Assembly: GCA_950097015.1 (NCBI GenBank)
Contig: CATNEN010000014.1
Span: 2,301,976-2,365,975 of the forward strand
Source: Macrostomum hystrix
Lineage: Eukaryota > Animalia > Platyhelminthes
Direction of reading: 5' to 3'
Length of the DNA: 64,000 nucleotides
The notes beneath the pieces were generated by a model, which did no database searches, was not told the DNA's origin, and was given only the letters and a program-made list of their open reading frames with translations. Within the stretch, counting starts at the first letter, position 1. Every line of letters starts with the position of its first letter. Below, in pieces: positions 36,803-49,330 of this stretch. Both the position numbers and the translations under genes were made by a program.

Positions 36803-37142
36803 TTTGGTGGATTTAGGATGAGTGGGTTTGGAATGCTAGTGCTAAACAACAGTTCATTTTAGTGCATTTCACGTGACCTTTTAACTGCATGAAATTTCAA
36901 GGCTTTGACAGACTTTTAGGTTGGAATTTCAAGGAGCTTGAGAAGTAAATTCGACTTTTTAACATTTAATTGATAAGGCAAGTGATGTGTAGCAAAACAT
37001 AAAAGTGACGCACAGATGCTGCTGTAACATGTCACGTTTTCCTTATGTTTTGCTATTAGTATGCTTATATTTTAATCTATTCTTTTTTAATACTATGCTT
37101 TTTATATTTTTTTGGTACTTGCTTTTCGTTTTCTGTTATATT

Positions 37143-37420
37143 CTATTCCATTCCATTCTATTCCATTCTATTCCATTCTATTCCGTTCTATTCCATTCTA
37201 TTCCACTCTATTCCATTCTATTCCATTCTATTTCATTCCATTCCATTCTATTCCATTCTATCCCATTCTATTTCATTCTATTCCATTCTATTCTATTCCA
37301 TTCTATTCCATTCTATTCCATTCTGTTATATTCCATTATATTCCATTCTATTCCATTCCATTCTATTCCATTCTATTCTATTCTATTATTTTTTCTTGTA
37401 TTCTATTATTTTCTATTCTA
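37143..37420. repeat. (ATTCC/ATTCT)n pentanucleotide satellite
   Basis: Repeated TTCCA/TTCTA pentamers. Confidence 0.92.
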
Positions 37421-38296
37421 TCCTCGTCTGTTCCATTAGATACTGGTGGGTGTACAGCATTTTACTTTGATGCACTTTACAATTTTTTAAGCAATCTCGT
37501 GCAGCCTCTTATTATCTTTCGTGCAGTCTTTCATAAATCAGTGATGAAATATTTCATAGAATTAATATTTTAATTGTTAATAGGAAAGAACAAAAACAAA
37601 GCAGTTCAGCGGCAGCAGATAAAAGGGGTGACTGTTCGTGAAATCGAAAGTTTCTTTGCCGTTTTTTTATTTTTTTTTAAGACGAATCTTATCTAAGAAC
37701 TGATTGGCCATTTCTTAGAAATGATCGGCCATTTCTAAGAAATTATCGACCATTTCTAATCAAAAGCTTGATTTCTAAAGTGTACATTACAAACTAATGA
37801 CCACTAGCTGCTAGTGTTAGAAGAACAATTTTCTAATGTACAAAAATTATTTATCAAAGCGAGAACTCGAAGGCTGAACAGATAAACATTAAAAAAGGGA
37901 GAGATTTTGGGTAGAAAATGAAGGACAGATGGGAGAGAGTTTAGGAGTGATGTAATAAATAAAGAGATACAACGAAGCAAACGCATAACAATTGGGGTTA
38001 ATAAACTCTTTCTAACCCATAGGCAATCTAGAACCAGACACCTCATGACATTTTCTATGGAGATTAGGAAGAAGGTATTAGAAAAGTATTTTTATTAACT
38101 AGCAGTCAGCAGTCAGCGCGGATGGAAAATCGGAAAATCAGAAAAGTGGCATTTCCGCCAACCAATTGACCTAGAGCCATGAAGCTTTGAATTCAGAATC
38201 TGGCAATAGACAAATCCCCTCCAAACACATAGTTTTCCCGGTCAGTTACGATCTTGTTAGGGACAGTGGGCAAATTCACTGTGCAGGATAAGACGG

Positions 38297-38750
38297 GTAG
38301 AGATGAGATAGGGGAGAGATGAGACAAAGGAGAGATTAGACAGGGGAGAGATGAGACAAAGGAGAGATTAGACAGGGGAGAGATGAGACAGGGGAGAGAT
38401 GAGACAAAGGAGAGATTAGACAGGGGAGAGATGAGACAAAGGAGAGATTAGACAGGGGAGAGATGAGACAAAGGAGAGATGAGACAGAGGAGAGATGAGA
38501 CAAAGGAGAGATTAGACAGGGGAGAGATGAGACAAAGGACAGATTAGACAGGGGAGAGATGAGACAGGGGAGAGATGAGACAAAGGAGAGATTAGACAGG
38601 GGAGAGATGAGACAAAGGAGAGATTAGACAGGGAGAAAGGAGACAAAGGAGAGATTAGACAGGGAGAAAGGAGACAAAGGAGAGATTAGACAGGGAGAAA
38701 GGAGACAAAGGAGAGATTAGACAGGGAGAAAGGAGACAAAGGAGAGATGA
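38297..38750. repeat. Purine-rich 16-bp minisatellite
   Basis: Alternating GACAGGGGAGAGATGA / GACAAAGGAGAGATTA units. Confidence 0.92.
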
Positions 38751-38988
38751 GAAAATGGATGTGGTTAAATTTGTAGAGACAGAAGATTCTGAATCCTTGC
38801 GGGTTGTGCCAGTTTCACGGCTCTGAGCTCTCCGACCCCAGTTTCAAATATTTCAGGCAGGGAAGCCTCCTAAGTGTTGGAGACGAGGTTTTTCTGGGGA
38901 TTTGTCTTCTCAGACTCCATATTCAGAGCTCTGTTGCTCTAAGCCTTCTCTCCGCGGCTGTGCCACCGTGGAGCAGTCCTGCAGCCAG

Positions 38989-39200
38989 TCACAGCGCGCT
39001 GTTGAAGCACTCGGGCGTCAGCTTCTCGCAGTTTGGCGCTGTCAGCAGGACGGAAGCCCAAAAGGTGATGACGAAGAGCGTCCACCAGACTGGGAGTACA
39101 ATCATGGCTAGCAGGCTGCAGCCGCTGCGCTGACGACCGAGGTTCGAGTCCCGGAGCTGACGCCGACGCTGCCGCAGACGCCGACGTTCGGAGGTCAGCC

Positions 39201-39240
<40 letters not shown>

Positions 39241-41805
39241 AAGAAGATACGGTGGATGCGTCAAAGTTGGCGGCAGCTCCGCCAGGCCGAAGAGGTCCAG
39301 GTTTTCCGAGGACTCTGTGATGGCTGTACACTTTGACGACCGGGGATCTTTCTGGAAAACCATCGCCTGTCAATTTTGATGGACATTGTTGTTTTGGAAG
39401 ATGCTGTGAAGCTGAATAGTAAACATAGTCCCACATTAAATATGGGACTATGGGACTTCCTGGTTCATGGGACCGAACAGCTATACAATCACATTTGAGT
39501 CGCTTTTGAGTCCGCTCACCCCGTTGTAGCTGTGCTTTATGGATCTCGGCACCTGCGGCAGATCTTCAGCATTGACGGCGGCCTCCTCATCGGCCTCCTC
39601 CTCTCTAGTGTCTTCGCTTGCGAATCTCCTGGCCAGTGCCGCCAGCAGGCAGCAGCAGATGACAAAAGTGCACATGGCGTTCCAGATGTCTATGGCATTC
39701 AGGTGCTGCCCTGCTGGCGACCAGTTAAATATGAGGATATGCAGCAGGGCCAGGTTGATAAACAGTCTGGTGGTGCGGTCGAAGAAGTACACGGTTGTCA
39801 GGGACAACAGCACCATGATGAACGACAGGCCGTACTGTCGCACAGCTGGCAGCATCTCCTCCAGGCTGCTGCGGATGCAGATCCGGGTCCAGAACTGGAA
39901 CTTGCGGCCTGCGGGCAGTGAGAAAAGTGGACGCTGAGTCACTGCCTACCAAACACCTGGGCTCTAGCTACCCAACACCTGGGCTCTAGCTACCCAACAC
40001 CTGAGCTCTAGCTACCCAACACCTGGGCTCTAGCTACCCAACACCTGAGCTCTAGCTACCCAACACCTGAGCTCTAGATACCCAACACCTGAGCTCTAGC
40101 TACCCAACACCTGAGCTCTAGCTACCCAACACCTGAGCTCTAGATACCCAACACCTGAGCTCTAGCTACCCAACACCTGAGCTCTAGATACCCAACACCT
40201 GAGCTCTAGCTACCCAACACCTGAGCTCTAGCTACCCAACACCTGAGCTCTAGCTACCCAACACCTGAGCTCTAGCTACCCAACACCTGAGCTCTAGCTA
40301 CCCAACACCTGAGCTCTAGATACCCAACACCTGAGCTCTAGCTACCCAACACCTGAGCTCTAGCTTATGTCTAAAGCTACCTCAAACCTGATCTTTATCT
40401 GCTCAGTGCCTAGTAATCTTACTATTATAAGTTTGTTTAATAGTTTTTGTATTGCACACTCACCATTGTCAGAAAATGGTTTCGACAGGCGATAGACAAA
40501 CGAGTGGCGCTGACTTTCAACCCGCGTGCAGTTCATTTGGTGCTGCCTGCCCAGTGTCATGTGAACTGAACGCTGGTTCTCAGGATTGGCTACAATGGGT
40601 CGAAATTGAATAGTTTAGCAGTAGAAATACCCCCCTATTCCCCATAAGGAAAGACTGCCTACTTCCCGATAACTAAAATTCAGTAACAATAATGGCCGAC
40701 ATGGTTACATGAAGTAGTTTTGTGAGAAGATAAATAAACTAGAAGATATTGCTGATTTTTGCCGACGAGAATCATTGAACATCTTGCAAAAATGTATACA
40801 GCAAAAAAATATTTTTATTTTACTAAATTCGAAAAAAAGATGCTTTCAATTTCAGCCCCTAAAGATCTGGGTCTAATCGATAAACTGACCTTCTTCGAAG
40901 ATCAGAACGCAGAGAATATCTCCGAACGGATGCTGTATGGATGGGCCGTCGCATCTTACGTTCGCCCTGTGCCTGTCAGTTTGTGAGGCGGAATAAGTTT
41001 GGGAATTGTAGAATCTAACAAATTGTGTCATTGAGTCAAACATTAAACCACGAAACTGAGCCAAACAATACAACAAAGACCTCGATCATTAAGCCAAAAA
41101 ATACAACAAAGACCTCGATCATTAAGCCAAACAATACAACAAAGACCTCGATCATTAACTTGTACGAGCAGTTCGTAGTTCGTACAATGCACTGATGGAG
41201 GTCTTTGTTGTATTGTTTGGTGTGAAAATATCATGCTTTGAACTGTGTTTTAAGCGTCTCAAAAAGGACTCAGTTGTCACTCACCAAACCTTGAACACAA
41301 CGGCCCTACTGCCGGCACCCAGACCGGAGAGGCGCAGGTACAGTGAGCTCTGATCCTCAGTCACAGACTGCGCATTCACAAACACGAACTGCGGTGTCCA
41401 GAGCTTCTCTCTGTTCAGCGGAATCGCCTCCATGGTGTCCACCAGCATGTCAAGAAATTTGTGACGCCAACGGAGATCCAGTGTGAAGGCAATGTCCAAG
41501 TGCTGCGAGATTCGGTTCACAGATTTCTAACAAGTGAGATCTTTCATTAAAGCCTACGTGAAACTTATAAATGTCACGCGGAACGTAAGTTAATTTTGAT
41601 GCCAAATGGGAATGTCAACTGACAAACAGACAATGCGGAGAAATATTTCTCAATACGCACGTGATTGGCCAATTTGAGGATGCTGCCAATGTTGAGCGAT
41701 ACGTTTAGCGCTCCGGTTCCGTCCCCGCCCGGTCCGATCTCCGGGACGTCCATGTTCATGTAGAGTGCCCTGATGTGCTCCTTGATCGACTCTGTGTTGG
41801 CGGCT
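38989..41805 (-). CDS. Divergent Cys-loop ligand-gated ion channel subunit (anion-channel-like TM3), 5' exon(s) not identified
   Basis: Phase-compatible GT-AG exons 41805-41661, 41526-41285, 40972-40890, 40589-40464, 39908-39553 and 39366-38989. LBD motifs LNVSLNIGSIL, LDLRW and LWTPQFVFVNA. Exact C-x13-C loop CDGPSIQHPFGDILC. TM1-TM3 include AIDIW. TM4 is LAMIVLPVWWTLFVITFW. Confidence 0.85.
39944..40364. repeat. 22-bp minisatellite in a Cys-loop gene intron
   Basis: Unit ACACCTGAGCTCTAGCTACCCA, about 19 copies. Confidence 0.95.
41057..41158. repeat. 33-bp tandem repeat (~3 copies) in a Cys-loop gene intron
   Basis: Unit AATACAACAAAGACCTCGATCATTAAGCCAAA(C/A). Confidence 0.85.
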
Positions 41806-43834
41806 CTAGGGATGCATTGTGGCGAGGTTGGCACTGTGACCATTATTATATTTCTTACTTAATCAATAGATATACAAAGCCAGTTATTTTTGCTGTGACT
41901 GCGGCGAGCCAATTCAATGGCATCGCTGACACATTGATGCGATTCAATCAGAAGATTGTTATGACCCTTATCAATCATGATCCCAGTACATCAGCAGCAT
42001 CAGCTGATAATGATAAGCGTCTACAACAAGCCTGTCACGCGGATAAGGCATCCAGCTGATGGATTGTAAATTCATCCATCCTAGTTCGCTTGCAATCTAG
42101 GGGAACATGCTGATTCGAGAAATCAATTTCTACCAGCAAAGTGAGTTTTTCCTGAAAGTTTATTGCTTAGTGGAATTCGTCAAACTGATTTCGAACTAAG
42201 CATCAGCTTGCTAGTAAAAATTGAGGCCGACATTATCAAATGAACAAAAGTTGATCAAGTAGATTAGAAAAATCTTTTTTTGCAGCTATTGAAACATGTT
42301 TAGCTGTCAGAAAAATAAAATATATTCGATTCAGTCAACAGAGAATGGTATGTAGTTTTTCTATTGTCTATGATCTGTGATTAGCTTATAGCCAATGGTA
42401 CATGGTTCATGGTGTAGATAAGCTTGCAACTTACTTGGCATAGTCGGTCTGACCGCACACCATCTGTAGCAAGGTAGCCAATGCTATCGCGAGGTACATT
42501 GGCCACGATATTGCCATTGCTTTTGAGCAGGTTTTAAAGTGGAACTATACGCATTAACTATGCGGAAATTCTGCTGAACTGTGAACTGCGCTGGTTCACA
42601 TACCAGCTGGATAACATATGCGAATTCGTTGCTTCCCATTGGCCAGCAGCTCGGTCGGGTGAGGGAGCTTCGGATCGCAGGCTAACCACTGTGCAGCAGC
42701 TTAGGCGTGGATCTTGCATGCTCTCAGTCTGCAAGGCATCAGGTATTCACAATTGATGTGTTCAATTTGATTGACAGTTCAGGCCAGCGGAGCTCTTTGT
42801 TTGCTAAACTGTATCTTGATTGGCATCGTTCGATAGGACAAAGACGCGGATAAGGATGCCAAGGATGTCACGACACACTTAACTCACGGGGTGAAAAATC
42901 AACTCAGCCACATTTATAACACAATTTAAGATACATTTCTTCCGGATTAAATTCCATATTCCACACTGTCCCATATTGATCTAGCCTGCCACAGACTGGC
43001 CTGCGAAAATACTAAAAGCCGAAATTGGCCAGCAATTGGTAGCCATTTTCCCAGTTCTTGCAAGATTCTCCGGTCCCCAGAGAGACAGTTATTCGCAGAC
43101 AGAACGTGGGATATTTAACACAAGGTAGTCTAGAATGTGATCAATGAAGCTGTGTCTCACTGCTAGATTTTCCTGCACAGAAAGATTATAGTCTTTTGCA
43201 ACTCCTTATCTGCACCTCCTGCCCTCTGAGAAACAGGCTGGCCCAGGTGCCCCTGTCAATCCGCGAGGTGAGGACCCGAAATGGAGGCTCTGGGTGGCAC
43301 CTGGGATTCCATTATAACCTGGAGTTAATAGACGCCTACAAAGCTGTCCCTCCACTAGAACATTTCAGTTTGGGGATCTGCCTAGAAGATGGATGTGCTG
43401 CAATCCCACATAGCCCTGTGTTAGCCCAGAAAACTGCCAGCACATTTCATGGAATTTGTCTCCCTCACTTACTGGAGAGATCTGCAGTCAGGCATTCGAC
43501 ATAGGCAAATCCACTAGGAATATGAGGCTGCTGCTGCTGCTGCCTGCAGGTTGGGGTCTGAGGCTGCTGCATGGGAATCAGGTGACCGTCCAACAGTTTT
43601 TCCTGACAAATTTTCTCACCGAGCCTTGAATTCTTGCACTGGTGGGGGATTATCCTAAATTCATGCTGCCTGGGGTTTTTAGTGTCACGCACGAAAACGA
43701 TGCATTCAGAGTTTGCCGCGCAGACATTGTGGGCCACGAGCCATCTGTCAATTCGTCATTAACTCTCACACCGGTGTCCTGCCGTTCGGACTCCGGTGGA
43801 AGGACCAAGAAACTGGCTCTTCTAGTAGAGATGG

Positions 43835-44198
<364 letters not shown>

Positions 44199-45429
44199 AG
44201 AGGATGGAGAGAAAGAAATATCGAGAGACATTTATTAACGTTTTTACTGCACTCTTCCTATGCTACTAGTTAGTAGAGCTGGTTGATCTTTATCACTCTG
44301 ATAAAAATTATATTGCTTTATTAGCAAATCAAGAACTAATGCAATTTCGCAACGGATTTGAAATCATTTGATAAACTAACTGGCCTGGAGTGAAAGCTAG
44401 AAGTCACTTCCAAACTCATGCACATCACGAACAGCCGAGACCAAATGACACGATCTCATGGTTCTAGTCATGGGATGACCGAGTCTCCGGCCTCAGGTCC
44501 GTGATGCGATACTTTTCATTCGAATATCGAGTTTCCATTTTTAGTTGTGACAGTCCATTCTGAAGGCCCCTTCGCAATAAAAAACTAGGAAGACAGGAAT
44601 TTCCTTTCTTCTAGACAGAATATCTGTTTTAATTGAGATTGACATCAGGTCCAGGAAGAAGTGTTTTCACATTTCAAGAATGAAATTTAATCTAGTCTGA
44701 TCTCTCAATTCCGTGAAAAGGGGCGCGAAAATATGTAATACAGGAACGATGGACAGATAAGAATAAAAGTACAACGTACAAAGGCAGAACTTTTTTTTGA
44801 AAAAAGTAGAGAATCGATACGATCTTCCGCGAATCGCTGATTGGTCAGCGCGAGAAGTTTAGTGTGGTGTGAGGTTGCATAAACCCACCCCACCTCCCTG
44901 GCCGACCAATCAGCGATCGCTCACTGCGGCCAATATAATTTTCCTTCAGCATTTATTCCTTACATTTCAGGCCTCTATTCTGATCTTCTTTGTCGTAGCG
45001 GTTGAAAATGAAACCTGATTCTGAATCAGCCTATAAGCCGACTTATTTTTAGCACAACAAACAAGAGATTAGTCCTCAAACTCTGTCTGCGTGTCAATCC
45101 CTGAAATGTCATCGCAGTTCAAGCATTGAAACATGAGACACGTGCAGGCACAGTGGCCAGTGTCATTTGACTGCTGATTCTGTTATCTTTTTGATTGACA
45201 ATTGACATATCGATGAGATGTGCTTAGCAGTTTTGTTGTCTGGAACAGATAAAGATCTCTTTGGAGCAATTCCCAATGCGCCTAGTTTGTGGCTAAAAAT
45301 ATCTTGTCACTATTTATAGCGCGTAAACGAATACTGGAAATTGCTGATGGATATTTACATGCCGCTTCCAAAGGACAGCTGTTCAGTCCGTGGACTGGGC
45401 GAGGCACCTGTCTTAGCTAATGTCAGAAA

Positions 45430-45679
45430 GCTACACACGCACACAGAGACTGTACGCAGGCACACTGTCACACAGGTGTGTAACATCTGATCTGACTCTC
45501 TCATCGCCAGGCAGTGTACACTTTCACTGTGCCTTGAAGGATGGCCCTCAAGGGCGTAAATTGCACGACAAGCCCCCAAGCCTTCTCTCCGCGGCTGCGC
45601 CCCAAATGAATGTGGCCTCGCCGCGGAATCGAGCTCAGGGACCTTGGTGCGAGAGCCAAACCGCTCTGCCACTCACCCC
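45430..45679 (-). mobile_element. tRNA-derived SINE, copy C
   Basis: The reverse complement reads GGGGTGAGTGGCAGAGCGG...CTCTCGCACCAAGGTCCCTGAGCTCGATTCCGCGGCGAGGCCACATTC..., matching copies A and B. Confidence 0.8.
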
Positions 45680-45918
45680 ATTGTCTAGAGCCTTTGTGTT
45701 CGTTGTCTATGGTGAAAACTGTCCGCAAACTCTAAAAGCAACTTTATCGAAAAAAGTCAGTGGCTTTAAAGAAACAAAAAATTAAATTCACCAGTTAAAT
45801 GTCCCCTGACTCTTTAGTGGCTGAATCTTTGTGGTTGAAAAGGACTCAAGAACTCCAGAGCTTCAGCACAAGTAGCAAAAACACTAATTAGCAAAGGTTG
45901 TGCAGTATCAACAGCTGT

Positions 45919-45919
<1 letters not shown>

Positions 45920-45961
<42 letters not shown>

Positions 45962-45962
45962 G
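45920..45962. repeat. (CAG)n microsatellite, apparently non-coding
   Basis: About 14 CAG units with no ORF >60 aa spanning them. Confidence 0.85.
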
Positions 45963-46181
45963 CAGTCATAAACAAGCTTGCATGACTGAACTCAAAGGTC
46001 TCACCAGGCCAAGCCGCATTCGGTGAGTTAATTAAGCTCGATTTCTATACCCAGAACTGGCTCAACGTTAACGAAGGCCCAGCATTATCGATCGAATTTG
46101 AGGAAAAGTTCCACGTTGCCTTCCCTGGATCATAAATCATAGAAATGCAGCAGTCCACTTCTATCTGCTACTGAAAATACG

Positions 46182-46442
46182 AATAGACTGTGGGATAGAG
46201 GCAGATATAGACTGTGGGATAGAGGCAGATATAGACTGTGGGATAGAGGCATATATAGACTATGGGATAGAGGCAGATATAGACTGTGGGATAGAGGCGG
46301 ATATAGACTATGGGATAGAGGCAGATATAGACACTGGGATAGAGGCGGATATAGACTATTGGATAGAGGCAGATATAGACACTGGGATAGAGGCGGATAT
46401 AGACACTGGGATAGAGGCGGATATAGACTATGGGATAGAGGC
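46182..46442. repeat. 24-bp minisatellite (~11 copies)
   Basis: Unit ATATAGACTGTGGGATAGAGGC(A/G)G. Confidence 0.93.
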
Positions 46443-46974
46443 GAATCGACAGTAAATCTCTAAGCAGGTCAGTTAATGGCTCGTTCGCGTATAGCAGTGG
46501 CTTTGAAATTTCCCTCAGAGCTGCAATTATCCACTCACTGTTCATTCTGAAGGCTTTTTTAGTTTCAAGAACGAACCCGCTACAGTAAAAGTGCACGCAG
46601 CCCTGCGGCCTGCATTAAAAAAACCTTTACCTAAATCATTACAAATCTTAAGCAAAAAGCATTTTTACACGCGTAAGTTCTGTGTAATTTTTACATAAGA
46701 CGAAATATAAATTTACAATTTGCAAGGCGCTTAACAGCAACAGGAAAGTATTTTTGTCAGCTATGAAATACAAAAGGCTATCGAGAAGGCAGTAAATTAT
46801 TATTAAGGTGCACAGTGTGAGACCCTCATAGCTGAGCTGTCTGAAGTATTCTCTGCTTGCATGGGCCCATTCCCATTGTTGCTAGTTTGATCGGAATGTT
46901 TGAACCACTCAAGAAATTTCGACCTCATGGAGTGTACAGATGGAATGTGATGCACTCTCTGATTCTCTCTTATC

Positions 46975-47300
46975 CTCTACCGTATCTACTCCCATCCTCT
47001 CCCGTGTCTACTCCCATCCTCTCCCGTGTCTACTCCCATCCTCTCCCGTGTCTACTCCCATCCTCTCCCGTGTCTACTCCCATCCTCTCCCGTGTCTACT
47101 CCCATCCTCTCCCGTGTCTACTCCCATCCTCTCCCGTGTCTACTCCCATCCTCTCCCGTGTCTACTCCCATCCTCTCCCGTGTCTACTCCCATCCTCTCC
47201 CGTGTCTACTCCCATCCTCTCCCGTGTCTACTCCCATCCTCTCCCGTGTCTACTCCCATACTCTCCCGTGTCTACTCCCATCCTCTCCCGTGTCTACTCT
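46975..47300. repeat. 22-bp minisatellite (~14 copies)
   Basis: Unit CTCCCATCCTCTCCCGTGTCTA. Confidence 0.95.
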
Positions 47301-47413
47301 CTCAGTATAGAGGTAAGTCGGCCCGAATCTCCTCATGATTCGAGTTCCTTTCACTCGGCAGTCGGGAAGGCATGAAAGACGCAGCTAATGCAGGTGCTGA
47401 ATTAGTGCGCCAG

Positions 47414-48421
47414 TCAGCAGGTCTCCGACTCCAGACCGCTTCCTCGGCTGCCCACCTGCGGCTCCTTGGCATTCTCCCTGCGCTGCTTTTTACGCTTTTT
47501 CCGGCCATCTTTTCGTTTAGCAGGTCGCTCGTCTGACGCAAACGTCGAGGACGTCGCCGCTGCATCAATCGTCCGCGACCGTCGGAGCAGCTCCTCGGCG
47601 CTGATCTGCATCTGCTCCACCTCGGACACCACACTCACCTCTGCCGCGGGGGCCGCCGCTGTCGGAGCTTCGCCCGAAGTCAAGCTGCCATCGGCCTCGA
47701 TGATGAACACGGAGTCGTTGTCGCCGCTGGCCTCAGTTGACGGCCTTCGTGAAGTCTGCGTGTCGCCAGTGGGAGAAGTGTCGTCCGAATCGCTAAAGCG
47801 GACGTGATTCCTCTGGTGCTGATGGTGCTGATGCTTGTGCTGCGCAATGTCTCCCGAGCATCCAGACAGTGGCGACTCACTGCCGGCCGTGGACACCTTG
47901 AGCGAGGATTTTCGCGGGCGGGACAGATGCAGCCGCAGAATGGCCGCCTCGATGCTCTGGTCGAGCCGCTCCTCGGACCGGCTGCGCGTCACCATGATCC
48001 TCACCCGGCCGCCGCCGTTGCGGCTTCGATCACCGTCGCCGGCGATGCCGTTCTCGGCCAAGTCGCCGACTCGCACGGTTGACTTTCTTAGAAACAGTCT
48101 CCGCAGGCAGCAGCCGCCGTTGTCATCGCCGCTGGTGTCTCCGAGACGCTGACGACTCCGGCACCGAGTGCTGATCAGCAAGCTCGCCGCAGTGCCGCAC
48201 ATCAGGCAGCCGGCGGTTGTCAGGGCGACGCCGACGCCGATCTCGGGCGTTGAACACCGCGAAGATCCGAGGACCCACAGAGAGGCGCCAGCAGCTGCGG
48301 CTAGCAGAGACGCGGCAAGCAGGGCTGCCAGGCAAGCATCTCGATTCCCTCGGCTGCTGACATTCTCGTCGGCTTCAGGACAGCAACAGCAGCAGCAGCT
48401 TGCCGATGCCGGCAACGACAT
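47414..48421 (-). CDS. Unknown two-transmembrane protein (335 aa from first ATG) with a Cys-rich N-terminus and a long disordered C-tail
   Basis: A GC-rich non-repetitive ORF >1 kb. MSLPASASCCCCCC is followed by hydrophobic segments CLAALLAASLLAAAAGASLWVLG and IGVGVALTTAGCLMCGTAASLLI, then a Ser/Arg-rich tail with polybasic KRKDGRKKRKKQRR. A possible acceptor TGTCAG lies just upstream (48432-48431). Confidence 0.68.
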   Translation of the reverse strand: MSLPASASCCCCCCPEADENVSSRGNRDACLAALLAASLLAAAAGASLWVLGSSRCSTPEIGVGVALTTAGCLMCGTAASLLISTRCRSRQRLGDTSGDDNGGCCLRRLFLRKSTVRVGDLAENGIAGDGDRSRNGGGRVRIMVTRSRSEERLDQSIEAAILRLHLSRPRKSSLKVSTAGSESPLSGCSGDIAQHKHQHHQHQRNHVRFSDSDDTSPTGDTQTSRRPSTEASGDNDSVFIIEADGSLTSGEAPTAAAPAAEVSVVSEVEQMQISAEELLRRSRTIDAAATSSTFASDERPAKRKDGRKKRKKQRRENAKEPQVGSRGSGLESETC

Positions 48422-49180
48422 GCAATTTGGCTGACAAGCGGGCAGCCAGGCAGTTTTTGTGCTCAATAACTTAGTTCTGAGCTGGCAGAAGTATTCCACT
48501 GGGCCGTGCAGGAGATGGGAGGCATTTATACGGATTCGCTGCACATGCAACGCCCCGTGTCTCTAGTTGTGCTGCCTCTCCGTCTGCCCGCATTCTGATT
48601 GGCCAGCAAGGCATTCTAATCAGTTGGAGGGGGGCGTGGCAGCTGAGCATGAGTGCGAGCCGCACAGCAACTCGAGGTCGCTCAATTTGGCCAGGGGACG
48701 CATCGGACTGATTTGGGGTGGGTGACTGGTGGTCGCAATCCCCTCAGGGGAGGCTGTAGGGAGCCTTTGGGAAGAGGGGAGAGAGGAGGAAAGCTAAAAA
48801 TATCCCAATCATGTGAGCTGGCACAGGAGAGACAGTAATAGATGCAAAAGTGAGTCTGAGTTGCTTCTGAGGCTGAGAAGCTGAGAATTGTTGTTGACCG
48901 TTTTTCAGCTCGGCTTTTCCTGGCTTTAATTGCTCTCAATGAGGCAGGAAAGTCCTGCTTGTGCCGCTTTGCCCAGGAAATCCGCTATTCAGAAACTGCC
49001 GCTTCCTTTTACTTCTTTTACTCGATGCAACCAATGGGATTGTCGCTTGGCCGCTTGTGCACTAAATAATTGGGATATTGTTGGGGAAAACCCTGTGCCC
49101 TGAGTATCTCCGCCCCTTTTATTGCTCAATTTCTTAGATTTTTTTTCTAATTAATTGATAAACCCATCAAAGAACGTCTA

Positions 49181-49330
49181 TGTCTTAGCCATACACATGA
49201 AACCATCTGTGATTGGACACCCTGTCTTAGCCATAGACATGAAACCATCTGTGATTGGACACCCTGTCTTAGCCATACACATGAAACCATCTGTGATTGG
49301 ACACCCTGTCTTAGCCATAGACATGAAACA
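49181..49330. repeat. 42-bp tandem repeat (~3.5 copies)
   Basis: Unit GTCTTAGCCATA(C/G)ACATGAAACCATCTGTGATTGGACACCCT. Confidence 0.9.

Noticed and set aside
43196-43740. Exon-like segments (polyQ-containing minus ORF 43465-43737) as the 5' end of the Cys-loop gene
   Set aside because: No signal-peptide character and no phase-compatible link to the 41805 exon; the candidate exon near 42600-42720 gives a stop on joining.
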